Under the pieces are notes generated by a model, which worked only from the letters and a program-made list of their open reading frames with translations, had not been told where the DNA came from and did not search any database. The translations under genes and the position numbers were made by a program. Of a stretch of DNA of 64,000 nucleotides, positions 53,712-63,227 are shown piece after piece. Location: the NCBI GenBank assembly GCA_963822585.1, contig CAWGIE010000016.1, positions 1-64,000 on the forward strand, read 5' to 3'. This DNA is from an uncultured bacterium (GTDB lineage Bacteria > Auribacterota > Erginobacteria > Erginobacterales > Erginobacteraceae). Numbering within the stretch: the stretch's first letter is position 1; each line of letters begins with the position of its first letter.

Positions 53712-54902
53712 ATGCCACAAGAACGCACAGCTATGCCGCGACCGGTTGCCGGCGTGCAGTGTTTTCCGTTCGATTCCGGAGCAGTGCTTTTTTCGGAGCC
53801 TGTTCAGGAGTTGCACTTGGTGAATTCCACTGCGGCGTTTATCTGGCGCTGCTTGCAAAATGGCATGAACCAAACGGAGCTCGTTGCCGCCGTATGCACT
53901 GAACTCGGCCTTAATGAACATGAGGCAGAACAATTTGTGCACTCAGCAATCGACGACTGGATTCTGCGCAGACTGGTCGGAGTTGCGCCGATGCCGTCCG
54001 CCCCTACGCAGAGGATTGCCGCGGATGGGATGCTCAACAAAGTCCACGTTGATGCGGGACGGTTTGCAACGGAAAACGTGTACGCGGTTGCCGATTCGGT
54101 GATACTCGTTCGCTTCACTTGTCCAGCGCAGGCTCGGATCGTGTCGTCCAACCTTTCTCATCTCAAATCTCCCGACTTGGTGCCTACTATGTGCATTGAC
54201 GTGATCTCGAATGACAGTGGGATACAAATTTTGCGAAATGGTGCGGTTTGGGCGCATTGCCGCCGCGCAGATCAGCTCGTGCCAAAAATCGAAGGGCTGA
54301 TGGGCTCGATCGCAGCCGAGGCGACGGGCGTATTCCTTCAAATTCATGCCGGCGTGGTTGGTGACGCGAAAGGCTGTGTTTTGCTCCCTGGTGCTAGCGG
54401 AAGTGGGAAGTCGACACTGACGGCTGCTTTGGTTTCTAGGGGACTCTTTTATTTTTCCGACGAGCTGGCACTGCTAGAGGACGGAACTTTCCGCGTCGTG
54501 GCATGTCCTCTGGCCCTTTGTGTTAAACGAAGTGGAACTGGAATTGTAGCGGAATTTTTCCCTGAAATTCGCCGAGCGCCAATACACCAACGCGAAGATG
54601 GAGCGGCCGTTTCTTATCTTATACCTGGGCTGAGGCAACTGCCACTCAGAATGCAGGCTCAAGACGTACGATTAATCATATTCCCCAGCTATACCGGCGA
54701 ACGTCCAGCTTCGATCAGCCGGCTTTCGGCAGGAGCCGCACTCTCGCGGTTGCTTGCTAATTGTCTTGCGGTCTCCTGCCCGCTCACTGTGCCGAGAGTT
54801 CAAGGGCTTATACATTGGTTTGAGCAAATACCGTCGCACCAGCTTTTCTATGCAACTGCTTCGGAAGCGGCAGCAGAGGTATTTGAAGTTCTTCGAGCGT
54901 GA
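53712..54902 (+). CDS. PqqD/RRE domain fused to an HPr-kinase-related P-loop kinase
   Basis: N-terminal LHLVNSTAAFIWRCL...LV (PqqD-like); C-terminal IHAGVV, GASGSGKSTL, FSDELA. Confidence 0.83.
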   Translation: MPQERTAMPRPVAGVQCFPFDSGAVLFSEPVQELHLVNSTAAFIWRCLQNGMNQTELVAAVCTELGLNEHEAEQFVHSAIDDWILRRLVGVAPMPSAPTQRIAADGMLNKVHVDAGRFATENVYAVADSVILVRFTCPAQARIVSSNLSHLKSPDLVPTMCIDVISNDSGIQILRNGAVWAHCRRADQLVPKIEGLMGSIAAEATGVFLQIHAGVVGDAKGCVLLPGASGSGKSTLTAALVSRGLFYFSDELALLEDGTFRVVACPLALCVKRSGTGIVAEFFPEIRRAPIHQREDGAAVSYLIPGLRQLPLRMQAQDVRLIIFPSYTGERPASISRLSAGAALSRLLANCLAVSCPLTVPRVQGLIHWFEQIPSHQLFYATASEAAAEVFEVLRA

Positions 54903-55086
54903 ACTTCGATCAACTCATGGTGAGCAATATTCACAGGGCCGCTGAAGTTGCCTTTTTTTGAAGGCCTCAGTGTCCGTCCGGGGACTCTGCGAGTCATTTG
55001 AGTCGGTTATCGGTGGCGGCGAAATCCGCTTGACCGGCTCGATGCGCCTATGAGTCCCTGCGTGGTACTGATCCGCGCGAGGCCGT

Positions 55087-55925
55087 ATGTGGACCCCTGA
55101 AAACCGCCCGCTCTACAACCGTGACAAGCTGCGTTATCCGAGCGATTTGACGGATGCGGAATGGCAGCATATCGAGCCGCTGATACCGCCCGCCAAGCGC
55201 GGCGGTGGCAAGCGAACCGTTGACATACGTGAGGTGGTCAACGGTGTGATGTACGTCCTGAGCACGGGATGTCAGTGGCGCTACGTTCCGAAAGACCTAC
55301 CCCCGCGCAGCACGGTGCATGACTACTTCTCCCGCTGGGGCTACGACGGCACATTGGAGAAAATCCATTACGCGCTCTATGTCAAATGCCGCGAGCAGGA
55401 CGAGTCCGAGACCAGTCCCACTGCCTGTATCGTCGATAGCCAGAGCGTGAAAAGCGCGGAAAAAGGGGGGCCTGCATCGATCCCCATGGGTTCGATGCAG
55501 GCAAGCTGATCAAAGGCAAGAAGCGCCACATTCTCGTCGATACGCTCGGTCTGTTGCTGCATGCGCTGGTGACGCCCGCCGATGTTCAGGACCGCGACGG
55601 TGGCCTGATGCTCTTGGCCACATTGTTCGGACAGTTCCCGTTTCTCAAGAAGCTGTTTGCCGACACCGCCTACGCGGGCCCGGTGTTCCATGACGGCCTG
55701 GCCAACATCATGCCGAATCTGGTCACCGAAATCGTCCGTCGTTCCGATCGGGCAAAAGGCTTCGTCGTCCTGCCCAAACGTTGGATAGTCGAGCGCACCA
55801 TCGGTTGGTTTGGTCGCTGCCGCCGGCTGGCAAAGGACTGGGAAAATCTCAACCACAATGCGCTCGCATTCGTCCGCCTCGCCTCCATACGCTTGATGCT
55901 CAGAAAGCTCTGTATTCCCTCATAA
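55087..55925 (+). CDS. IS5-family transposase, copy 1 (two ORFs, frameshift at AAAAGGGGGG)
   Basis: RYPSDLTDAEW, TGCQWR, DSQSVK, KRWIVERTIGW. Confidence 0.9.
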
Positions 55926-55979
55926 AGTCCCCGGACGGAATTCTGAGTTCCTGCGTGGGACCGATCCGCGCGAGGCCGT

Positions 55980-56818
55980 ATGTGGACCCCTGAAAACCGC
56001 CCGCTCTACAACCGTGACAAGCTGCGTTATCCGAGCGATTTGACGGATGCGGAATGGCAGCATATCGAGCCGCTGATACCGCCCGCCAAGCGCGGCGGTG
56101 GCAAGCGAACCGTTGACATACGTGAGGTGGTCAACGGTGTGATGTACGTCCTGAGCACGGGATGTCAGTGGCGCTACGTTCCGAAAGACCTACCCCCGCG
56201 CAGCACGGTGCATGACTACTTCTCCCGCTGGGGCTACGACGGCACATTGGAGAAAATCCATTACGCGCTCTATGTCAAATGCCGCGAGCAGGACGAGTCC
56301 GAGACCAGTCCCACTGCCTGTATCGTCGATAGCCAGAGCGTGAAAAGCGCGGAAAAAGGGGGGCCTGCATCGATCCCCATGGGTTCGATGCAGGCAAGCT
56401 GATCAAAGGCAAGAAGCGCCACATTCTCGTCGATACGCTCGGTCTGTTGCTGCATGCGCTGGTGACGCCCGCCGATGTTCAGGACCGCGACGGTGGCCTG
56501 ATGCTCTTGGCCACATTGTTCGGACAGTTCCCGTTTCTCAAGAAGCTGTTTGCCGACACCGCCTACGCGGGCCCGGTGTTCCATGACGGCCTGGCCAACA
56601 TCATGCCGAATCTGGTCACCGAAATCGTCCGTCGTTCCGATCGGGCAAAAGGCTTCGTCGTCCTGCCCAAACGTTGGATAGTCGAGCGCACCATCGGTTG
56701 GTTTGGTCGCTGCCGCCGGCTGGCAAAGGACTGGGAAAATCTCAACCACAATGCGCTCGCATTCGTCCGCCTCGCCTCCATACGCTTGATGCTCAGAAAG
56801 CTCTGTATTCCCTCATAA
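55980..56818 (+). CDS. IS5-family transposase, copy 2
   Basis: Translations identical to copy 1. Confidence 0.88.
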
Positions 56819-56986
56819 AGTCCCCGGACGGACTCTCAGGCCGTGCGGGATGCAACCCCCGGGCAACCCGGGCAACCCCGCGCCAAGGCTGAACTCTCGG
56901 GATGAAAGAGTTCCCTTGCTTATAGTGCCCAGCTTTGTCATACTTGGGATCTGTGTGGGCACCGGCAGGATAATATTGGAGGTAAT

Positions 56987-57274
56987 ATGATGATGACCGA
57001 TGCGAACCGGCAGGACGAAAAATGGCCCGCAAGACGAGAGTTGTTGGCGCGAGCCGGCAGCCTTACCGTGGTGGCTCCGGCGACCGCCCTCCTATTAGCA
57101 GCAGCCGAGTTGCCTGCATCTGCCGCGCCGATCTATGGCGCGGGGGACGGTAACGGGCGGGGCAACGAAGGAAAAAACAACGGAAGAAACAACGGGCAGG
57201 GCAACGGAAACGGGCGGGGCAACGAAGGAAACAACAACGGAAGAAACAACGGGCAGGGCAACGGAAACGGGTAG
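56987..57274 (+). CDS. 95-aa peptide with twin-arginine leader and Gly/Asn-rich repeat tail; candidate modified-peptide precursor
   Basis: GGAGGT ribosome-binding site; RRELL, hydrophobic VVAPATALLLAAA, ASA-APIYG, then two 19-aa GNGRGNEGxNNGRNNGQGN repeats. Confidence 0.78.
   Translation: MMMTDANRQDEKWPARRELLARAGSLTVVAPATALLLAAAELPASAAPIYGAGDGNGRGNEGKNNGRNNGQGNGNGRGNEGNNNGRNNGQGNGNG
57149..57271 (+). repeat. 57-bp tandem duplication inside the peptide gene
   Basis: Units 57149-57205 and 57206-57262 differ at two bases; a partial third unit follows. Confidence 0.92.
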
Positions 57275-57585
57275 CAAGTGACCAATGCTGTTCAACGCTA
57301 TGGGATAGCGGTGAGATCAAGCAGGCCATCGTGCTCGGATCGACCCCCGTTCAGCCCGCCAGCGCCAACTGAGCGCTCCCGCAAATGTAGTGCCAAGCCG
57401 CCGCGGCGGCGTGGATTGTCGCGCTTATTCAACTACTTGGCAAAACCCACTGTCGAAGACGGGTTTGAACACGCTGCCGGCACAACCTGGCGCATGCGGC
57501 CGCAGCACAAAACGCTTGCTTCCCTGCTCGAGGGTGATCTGCTCAACCCATCTTCGACACCTGAGCTCGGTGGGGAAGTGGGGAA

Positions 57586-59051
57586 GTAAGAGGGGCAAAA
57601 CCGCGGGCGGCGTCTGCTAGGCCGGCTGGCCGCGGCAGCGGATGAGGTTCGGCAGTGGCGGCACGGCCGGCTGCCCGTCGACGCCAAGCCTGCTGCCAAG
57701 GTAATCCCAGAACGCGACACCGAGCTTGGCGCAGGTCTTGGCCAAGCCGAGGAAAGCATCGCGGCAGTCGCGCCCGAGATCGCTGCGAGTGCCGCCGCTG
57801 ACCTTTCGCTTTGTCACCTGGCAGCGGATGTCGTTTTCCGAGCCATTGGTGTGCAACGGGATGTCCGGGCGGTCGAGCACGGCCAGCAACTCGCCCTTGT
57901 TGGCGTGCAGCCGTGCGAGCAGACGATCGAGGGTGACGAAACCGGTGCGGCGGCAGAAGATGCGATCGAAGCGCGCGCCCAGCTGGCCACACCGGCGCGG
58001 TGTCGGATTGGTACGGTAGGCTTTGAGGTCGGTGTAGAACCGCCAGATCAGCGAACGGATATGTTTCTGAGCGGCGCGCTGCTGATCGGTAAAGGTGTCG
58101 AGCTTGTGCACCAGCCGTTCGGCGTGCACCCAGCAGAGCGCATGCCGACCAACATCGAACTGGCCGGCATCGTCGCTCACGACCACCGTCTCGCGCAGAA
58201 ACTCATGCGACTGGATGCTGCCCCACAGCGCGCCCTCGGTGGCGATCTGCACCGGGTCTGGGGTCACCGTGAGCGCGGTGATGCCAAGTCGCTCAAGATG
58301 CGCCTGCCAGGCCGCCGTGTCGGCGAACTGCTTGTCCGGGTGTTTGCCCAGGCGAGCGATGACAGGCCCGGACAACGCTCGTTCGCGCATGTAGCTCAGC
58401 GCCGCGTCATTGATCACGTAATCGGTGTGGCCGGCACGCAGCAGATCGAGGAAGTTCAGCCGGCTCTTGCTCCCGTCGTGCCGAACCAGGCGAAGTTGTC
58501 GTTGCCGATCTGCGTGCACACCCCGTTGGCGCCTTTATGCCGTGCCCCGGTGTCATCCACCGTGATCCAACCCGCCGTGTTGAGCCCGGCGCGCAGCACA
58601 TCGCGCGCTTCCGCCAGGAACTCCTCCTGGCCGTCGATCAGCAGCCGCACAAGCTGTCGCTTCGAGATGCCGACGCCAATCGCCTGCAACAGGGCGAGCA
58701 AACGCGGCACCGTAACTTGTCCCTGGTGGTACTGGGCCAGCACGAAGCGGCGCAGCTCCGGCCCGACATGGCCTCTCACACCGGGCGGCAATGGGGCGAT
58801 CACTGTCCGCCCATCCGGCGTGACCCAGCGCTCGCGCCGATAGCGGATCACCCGCACCCGTAGTTCGAGGTCCTGCACCACGAAATCCTCGTAGCCCTTG
58901 AAGCGTGACCCGGCCGGGACGTCCGCTTTCAGGCTCTGCTCCTCGACGTTGACGCGTGGCGCCGCCTTGCCGCGGCCGCGGCGACGGGGACGTTTCCCGC
59001 CCGGCCTTGGCGAAGTGGCGTTCTCCATCCCGCTCGGTTTGATCGGCGGGC
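57586..59051 (-). mobile_element. Single-ORF IS66-family (ISBst12-like) element, 5'-truncated, transposase frameshifted near 58475
   Basis: End GTAAGAGGGGCAAAA; PPIKPSGM, RFKGYEDF, VDDTGARH, VSDDAGQF, CWVHAER, HTNGSENDIR; stop at 57617. Confidence 0.88.
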
Positions 59052-60130
59052 TGTAGCGCGACAATCTGGGTGGTGGCTGGCGTCAATCAGGATGAGAACC
59101 TGTGACCACGCTTGGGAAGGATATTTGTTGCTGCTGATTGTCGCTGGCAAGCTCCTTTTTGGGCCGGGGGCGTGATTGTCGCGCCTGATTGTCGCGGCGG
59201 ATATCAGGCTGAGGCTGGCTCCTTCTGTTTTGCTGGAGGGCTGGCAGCTCGGTTCTTCCTGTCCAGGGCGCCGCGACGCCGGTAGCTTTCGACGTTCATT
59301 TCGAAGATTATAGAATGATGCACAAGGCGGTCGATTGCGGCGATCATCATGGCTTGGTCCGGAAAAACTTTGTTCCATTCTGCGAATGGCTGATTTGCGG
59401 TGATCAGAAACGAGAGCCGTTCGTAACGGGCGCCGATCAGCTCGAACAGTACGCTGGTCTCGGCGTGGTCCTTGTGCACGTAGGACAGATCGTCGAGGAT
59501 CAGCAACTCGTATTTGTCGAGTTTGCCGATCGCGGCTTCAAGTTGAAGCGCTTGCCGGGCTTGCTGCAGACGCTGCACGAGGTCGCTGGTGCGCATGAAC
59601 AGCACGCGAAAGCCGTTTTCGACCAGTGCCCGGCCGATCGCGGCCGCGACGTGACTCTTCCCGGCGCCGGGCGGCCCAAAACATAGCAAATTGCTGCCCT
59701 TCTCGAGCCAGGTATCGCCTGCGGCGAGCGCCAGGACGCGGGCTTTGCTCAGCATCGGCACGGCGGCGAAATCGAAGTTGTCGAGCGTCTTGCCGGGCGG
59801 AAGCCGGGATTCGGCAAGATGGCGCTCGACCCGACGGCGCCCGCGCTCGGCCAATTCCAGCTCGGCGAGCGCGGAGAGAAATCTCGCCGCTGGCCAGCCG
59901 TCTTTGTCTGCGCGCGCCGCAAATTCCGGCCACAGCCGGGCGATTGCCGGCAGGCGCAGCTCATGCAGCAACAGCGGCAGGCGGGTGGTGTCGATCTGGA
60001 TCGCGGTCATGGCTGCAGCGCCTCTGCCGGGGCGCCGAGCAAGGCGTCGTACGCGATCGCCGCCGGCATCGAGACCTCGACGTCGGGCACGGCGGTGCCG
60101 GAGGGCATGAACCGCTGCTGCAGCACCGCG
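59052..60130 (-). mobile_element. IS21-family element, right part only (istA tail, istB, right end)
   Basis: End TGTAGCGCGACAATC at 59052; repeated GATTGTCGC motifs at about 59136-59195; istA-like tail at 60007-60130. Confidence 0.85.
59204..60010 (-). CDS. istB: IS21 helper ATPase IstB
   Basis: ELRLP, KTLDNFDF, GPPGAGKSH, LLILDD, ITANQPF, AAIDRLVHH, SYRRR. Confidence 0.93.
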   Translation of the reverse strand: MTAIQIDTTRLPLLLHELRLPAIARLWPEFAARADKDGWPAARFLSALAELELAERGRRRVERHLAESRLPPGKTLDNFDFAAVPMLSKARVLALAAGDTWLEKGSNLLCFGPPGAGKSHVAAAIGRALVENGFRVLFMRTSDLVQRLQQARQALQLEAAIGKLDKYELLILDDLSYVHKDHAETSVLFELIGARYERLSFLITANQPFAEWNKVFPDQAMMIAAIDRLVHHSIIFEMNVESYRRRGALDRKNRAASPPAKQKEPASA

Positions 60131-60337
60131 GAGGTAGCTTTCCTGGACGACGTCCTCGGCTTCCGCGTCGTTGCCAAGAATACCGCGGGCGATGCGCCAG
60201 AGCGCGCGGTTGTTCCGTCGCATGAGCGATGCGGCAGCGTCGCGGTCACCGTCCCGCGCCCGATCGAGAAGCGTGTGCTCCTCTCCGCGGACCCCTCCTC
60301 TCTCCATTATTCGGCAGCCTTCCTCTCCTTGCCGCAA
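60131..60337 (-). pseudogene. N-terminal fragment of an ECF sigma factor
   Basis: LMRRNNRALWRIARGILGNDAEAEDVVQESYLR (sigma-70 region 2), truncated at the IS21 junction. Confidence 0.8.
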
Positions 60338-60491
60338 CAGACCCGCAAGGGACCGAAAAGGTTCCCGGATTTTTTACTCCGGTATGCTCGCCCGTGCGGT
60401 ATCGCGGCCTCAACAGAATTTCCCCGGGTCGGGAATAAGCCCGGCGGCTCAAGCGTAAGCGAGATGGATCTGAGACAGGAGGAGGCGACCG

Positions 60492-60824
60492 ATGACAAAA
60501 TCGCTTGCTTCGGGACCGCTCCGGCGGCTTGCCCCGGCGATTTTCGCGGCTTTTGCGGCGCTTCCATTGCTGATGCCGGCTCCGGCACAGGCCTGGGGCG
60601 TGCGGGCCGGGTTTGCATTTCGCGCGCGGCCGTTCTTTGCGCCAAGGCCATTTTTCCGCCCGCGCCTTTTAGGTCCCCGTGTGTTTCTTGGGCCGCGCGT
60701 ATTTTTCGGACCCAGGATAGTCTTCGCTCCCCGCCCGTTCTTTGGTCCGCGTATATTCCTCGCGCCAAGGCCATTCATTGGCCCGCGCGTGTTCGTCCGG
60801 CCAGGATCTGTTTCTCTACCCTGA
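60492..60824 (+). CDS. 110-aa exported peptide with about ten Pro-Arg/Phe hexapeptide repeats
   Basis: AGGAGGAGG ribosome-binding site; signal peptide ending PAPAQA; repeats APRPFF, GPRVFL, GPRVFF, GPRIVF and similar. Confidence 0.75.
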   Translation: MTKSLASGPLRRLAPAIFAAFAALPLLMPAPAQAWGVRAGFAFRARPFFAPRPFFRPRLLGPRVFLGPRVFFGPRIVFAPRPFFGPRIFLAPRPFIGPRVFVRPGSVSLP

Positions 60825-61015
60825 GCCTATTGGGGGCCGCCCGAGACGGGCACCGTCGACGGACCACAGTGCAACGACAAGCGTTGCGCTCCAGAGGAAA
60901 GGGACGAAGTGCAGATGCTTGCCAGTCATGCAACCTCAGGGTACCAACCATTGGAATGCTAGATCAGGTCGTAGAGCGCATATCGGCGCACCATCGTCCG
61001 CGCCGCGCGCTCGGC

Positions 61016-62017
61016 ATGACCCAGCAGACGAATCCTCTGAAGGCGAACGGAGCGCACCGAAAAGCGAAGTGGCTGTTTGCCGCCTTCCTGTGCATCGCCG
61101 CCCTGGCCGTTTTGGGCTGGCGTGTCTGGTCATCCAGTCATTACACCACGTATTGGATCGAGACTCATGATCCTGTATCTGGGCTTGTGGTCGATTCTCC
61201 GGTTGAATTCCATGGTGTAGAAGTTGGCAAGGTTATGGATGTCGAACTGCTCAACGCCAACACGGTGCGGGTTCGCCTAAGCGTCCAAAAGGCGGCACCC
61301 GTCTCGCAGGCGACGGTCGCCACCATCACCTCGCGCGGTCTCACCGATCGCGGATTCGCCGGATATGTTTACGTCGCCCTGGAAAATACCGGCCCGGATA
61401 CTGGCCTGCTTGCGCAAAAACCCGGCAAGTCGTATCCGCTCATTGCCACGCGTAGCTCGCGTATCCTGACACTGGATAGTGTCGCCGCCGCGGTGACAGG
61501 GAAGATCGACCAGTTCACTCGGCTCTTGCAGGATTTCCTTGATGAGAAGACGGTCGCTTCCCTGAAGTCCTCGATCACCACTCTCGAGCGGGTCACGCGG
61601 AGAATGGAATCATTGCTGAATGGAGAAACGGTGGCCTCGTTCCGGGGCTCGGCCAAATCGATCCAAGAGCTCACACGAACTCTGAACTCGGCCCTGGACC
61701 CGAAGACGGTGAGCTCAACAAAGCGCTCCCTCGCCGCTCTGCAGAGTTTGCTGACGAACCTGGCTACCAACAACCGGCGCATTGCATCGCTCATCGTCAA
61801 TGCCGAACGTGACAGCCGAGAAATCCGGCCGGCGCTCGCTGCCGGTCGCGACACTGCCCGAGAGCTCAACGCAGAGGTGTTACCGGAACTCGACCGTTCC
61901 CTCGCCAGGTTGAATGCTCTCACGCGGACCATGAACCGCTTGGCCGCTCGCATGTCGCGCGATCCGTCGGTCGTTCTTCGAGGGGTCGTATCGCCGCCTG
62001 GCCCCGGCGAGCGGTGA
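61016..62017 (+). CDS. MlaD/MCE-family protein
   Basis: N-terminal TM segment, VSGLVVDSPVEFHGVEVGKV, helical tail, DPSVVLRG...PGPGE. Confidence 0.88.
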   Translation: MTQQTNPLKANGAHRKAKWLFAAFLCIAALAVLGWRVWSSSHYTTYWIETHDPVSGLVVDSPVEFHGVEVGKVMDVELLNANTVRVRLSVQKAAPVSQATVATITSRGLTDRGFAGYVYVALENTGPDTGLLAQKPGKSYPLIATRSSRILTLDSVAAAVTGKIDQFTRLLQDFLDEKTVASLKSSITTLERVTRRMESLLNGETVASFRGSAKSIQELTRTLNSALDPKTVSSTKRSLAALQSLLTNLATNNRRIASLIVNAERDSREIRPALAAGRDTARELNAEVLPELDRSLARLNALTRTMNRLAARMSRDPSVVLRGVVSPPGPGER

Positions 62018-62601
62018 GATACTGGGCCTCGCTAACCGCCGCGCTCCTCGCCGGCTGCGCCCTGCTCTCGCCGCCGCGGCACGAGCCTGCAAAAGAATTG
62101 CTGAGCGAGCTCCCGCATACAACTGCGCAAGGCCACCGCCATCTGAGCAATCTGCTGGTTCTGCGCCCACAGGCAAGTCCGGCTTACGACACCATGCGTA
62201 TGGCCTACACGGAAAAGCCGTTCCAGCTCGGGTATTTCCGGGACCATGAATGGGCCGAACCACCGGCGGAGATGATCCAGACGCTGTTGCGACAGAGCTT
62301 GGAGCGGACTGGCGCGTTCCGATCCGTGCAGGAGCCGCCAGGGGGAACGCGCCCCCACTATGTTTTGCGGACCGTCCTGCAGGAGCTTGTCCAGGACTAC
62401 ACGCGCTCGCCTCCGGTCCTGCGAGCCGAGATGCGGGCCGAACTGATGGGGCCGCGAGGTCAGCTTATCGCCGCCCATGACTTCATGGTCGAGCAGCCAA
62501 TGCAACAGGCAACGCCCTATGCCGGCGTGGTGGCAGCAAACCAAGCGGTTGCCAAACTGTTACAGGGTTTGGCCGAGTTTGTGGTGGAGCGTGCGCGCTA
62601 G
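62014..62601 (+). CDS. ABC-type transport auxiliary lipoprotein (PqiC-like)
   Basis: Lipobox LAGC, YDTMRMAY, HEWAEPPAEM. Confidence 0.87.
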   Translation: MRYWASLTAALLAGCALLSPPRHEPAKELLSELPHTTAQGHRHLSNLLVLRPQASPAYDTMRMAYTEKPFQLGYFRDHEWAEPPAEMIQTLLRQSLERTGAFRSVQEPPGGTRPHYVLRTVLQELVQDYTRSPPVLRAEMRAELMGPRGQLIAAHDFMVEQPMQQATPYAGVVAANQAVAKLLQGLAEFVVERAR

Positions 62602-63188
62602 CGGTTATTGCCAACAGTGCCGAGCATTTTTCGCAACGTGTCGTCTCGCAGCACGAAGTGGTGTCGCAGTGCAGCCCCGGCATGCAGACAGACGACTGCT
62701 GCCATGGCGAAGCCAAGCCAGTCATGGATCTCCCGTAGTGTCGCAAACAAATCTTCGTCGTGTGGGACGAGATTCGGCAAGGTGACCACGCCCATGACAT
62801 CGACGGGAATGCCAGCTGCGGAAGACATAAACCAGCCAATAATCGGCTGCGCCAGCATCAGCCCGTAAAGCGAGAAGTGCACGAAGATCGCGGCAACCTG
62901 CTGCCATTCAGGCACGTTCGCGGTCACCATGGGCAAGGGATTGAATTGCCGCCAAGCTAATCGCAACAGAGCTAGGCCCAGCACCAGCACGCCGACTTCC
63001 TTGTGAGCCAGGATCAGAAGGATTTTCGTTTTGTCGAACCCGGCATCGGGCAGTCGGACCATATAGATGCCCAGCACCACGAGCATGGTGATCAGCGCGG
63101 CCATGCCCCAATGCAGTCCGACGGCCAGGGCCCCATAGCGCCGCTCCGTGTTTGTGACCGGACTCATGCTCGGCATCCCAACGCGCAA
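62598..63188 (-). CDS. Cytochrome b561 family protein
   Basis: RYGALAVGLHW, HKEVG, HFSLY, HAGAALRHHFVLRDDTLRKM. Confidence 0.9.
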   Translation of the reverse strand: MRVGMPSMSPVTNTERRYGALAVGLHWGMAALITMLVVLGIYMVRLPDAGFDKTKILLILAHKEVGVLVLGLALLRLAWRQFNPLPMVTANVPEWQQVAAIFVHFSLYGLMLAQPIIGWFMSSAAGIPVDVMGVVTLPNLVPHDEDLFATLREIHDWLGFAMAAVVCLHAGAALRHHFVLRDDTLRKMLGTVGNNR

Positions 63189-63227
63189 TCCTCTAGTCTA
63201 CCCTGGCCACAACGACCAGACCCCTCA

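Larger units (their letters stand above)
54970..56835 (+). mobile_element. IS5-family (IS1031-like) element present as a tandem duplication
   Basis: Outer inverted repeats GTGTCCGTCCGGGGACT / AGTCCCCGGACGGACTC; TCA on both flanks; 893-bp period. Confidence 0.9.

Noticed and set aside
54935..54960. Intrinsic terminator after the kinase gene
   Set aside because: A T run is present but the stem is short and weak; cannot be supported without transcript data
56852..56880. Three GCAACCC direct repeats upstream of the peptide gene
   Set aside because: Short, irregularly spaced and low in complexity; no basis for calling a binding site
59819..61015. 400-aa N-terminal extension of the MCE protein
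   Set aside because: It overlaps istB, the sigma fragment and the repeat-peptide gene; MCE features begin at about 61016
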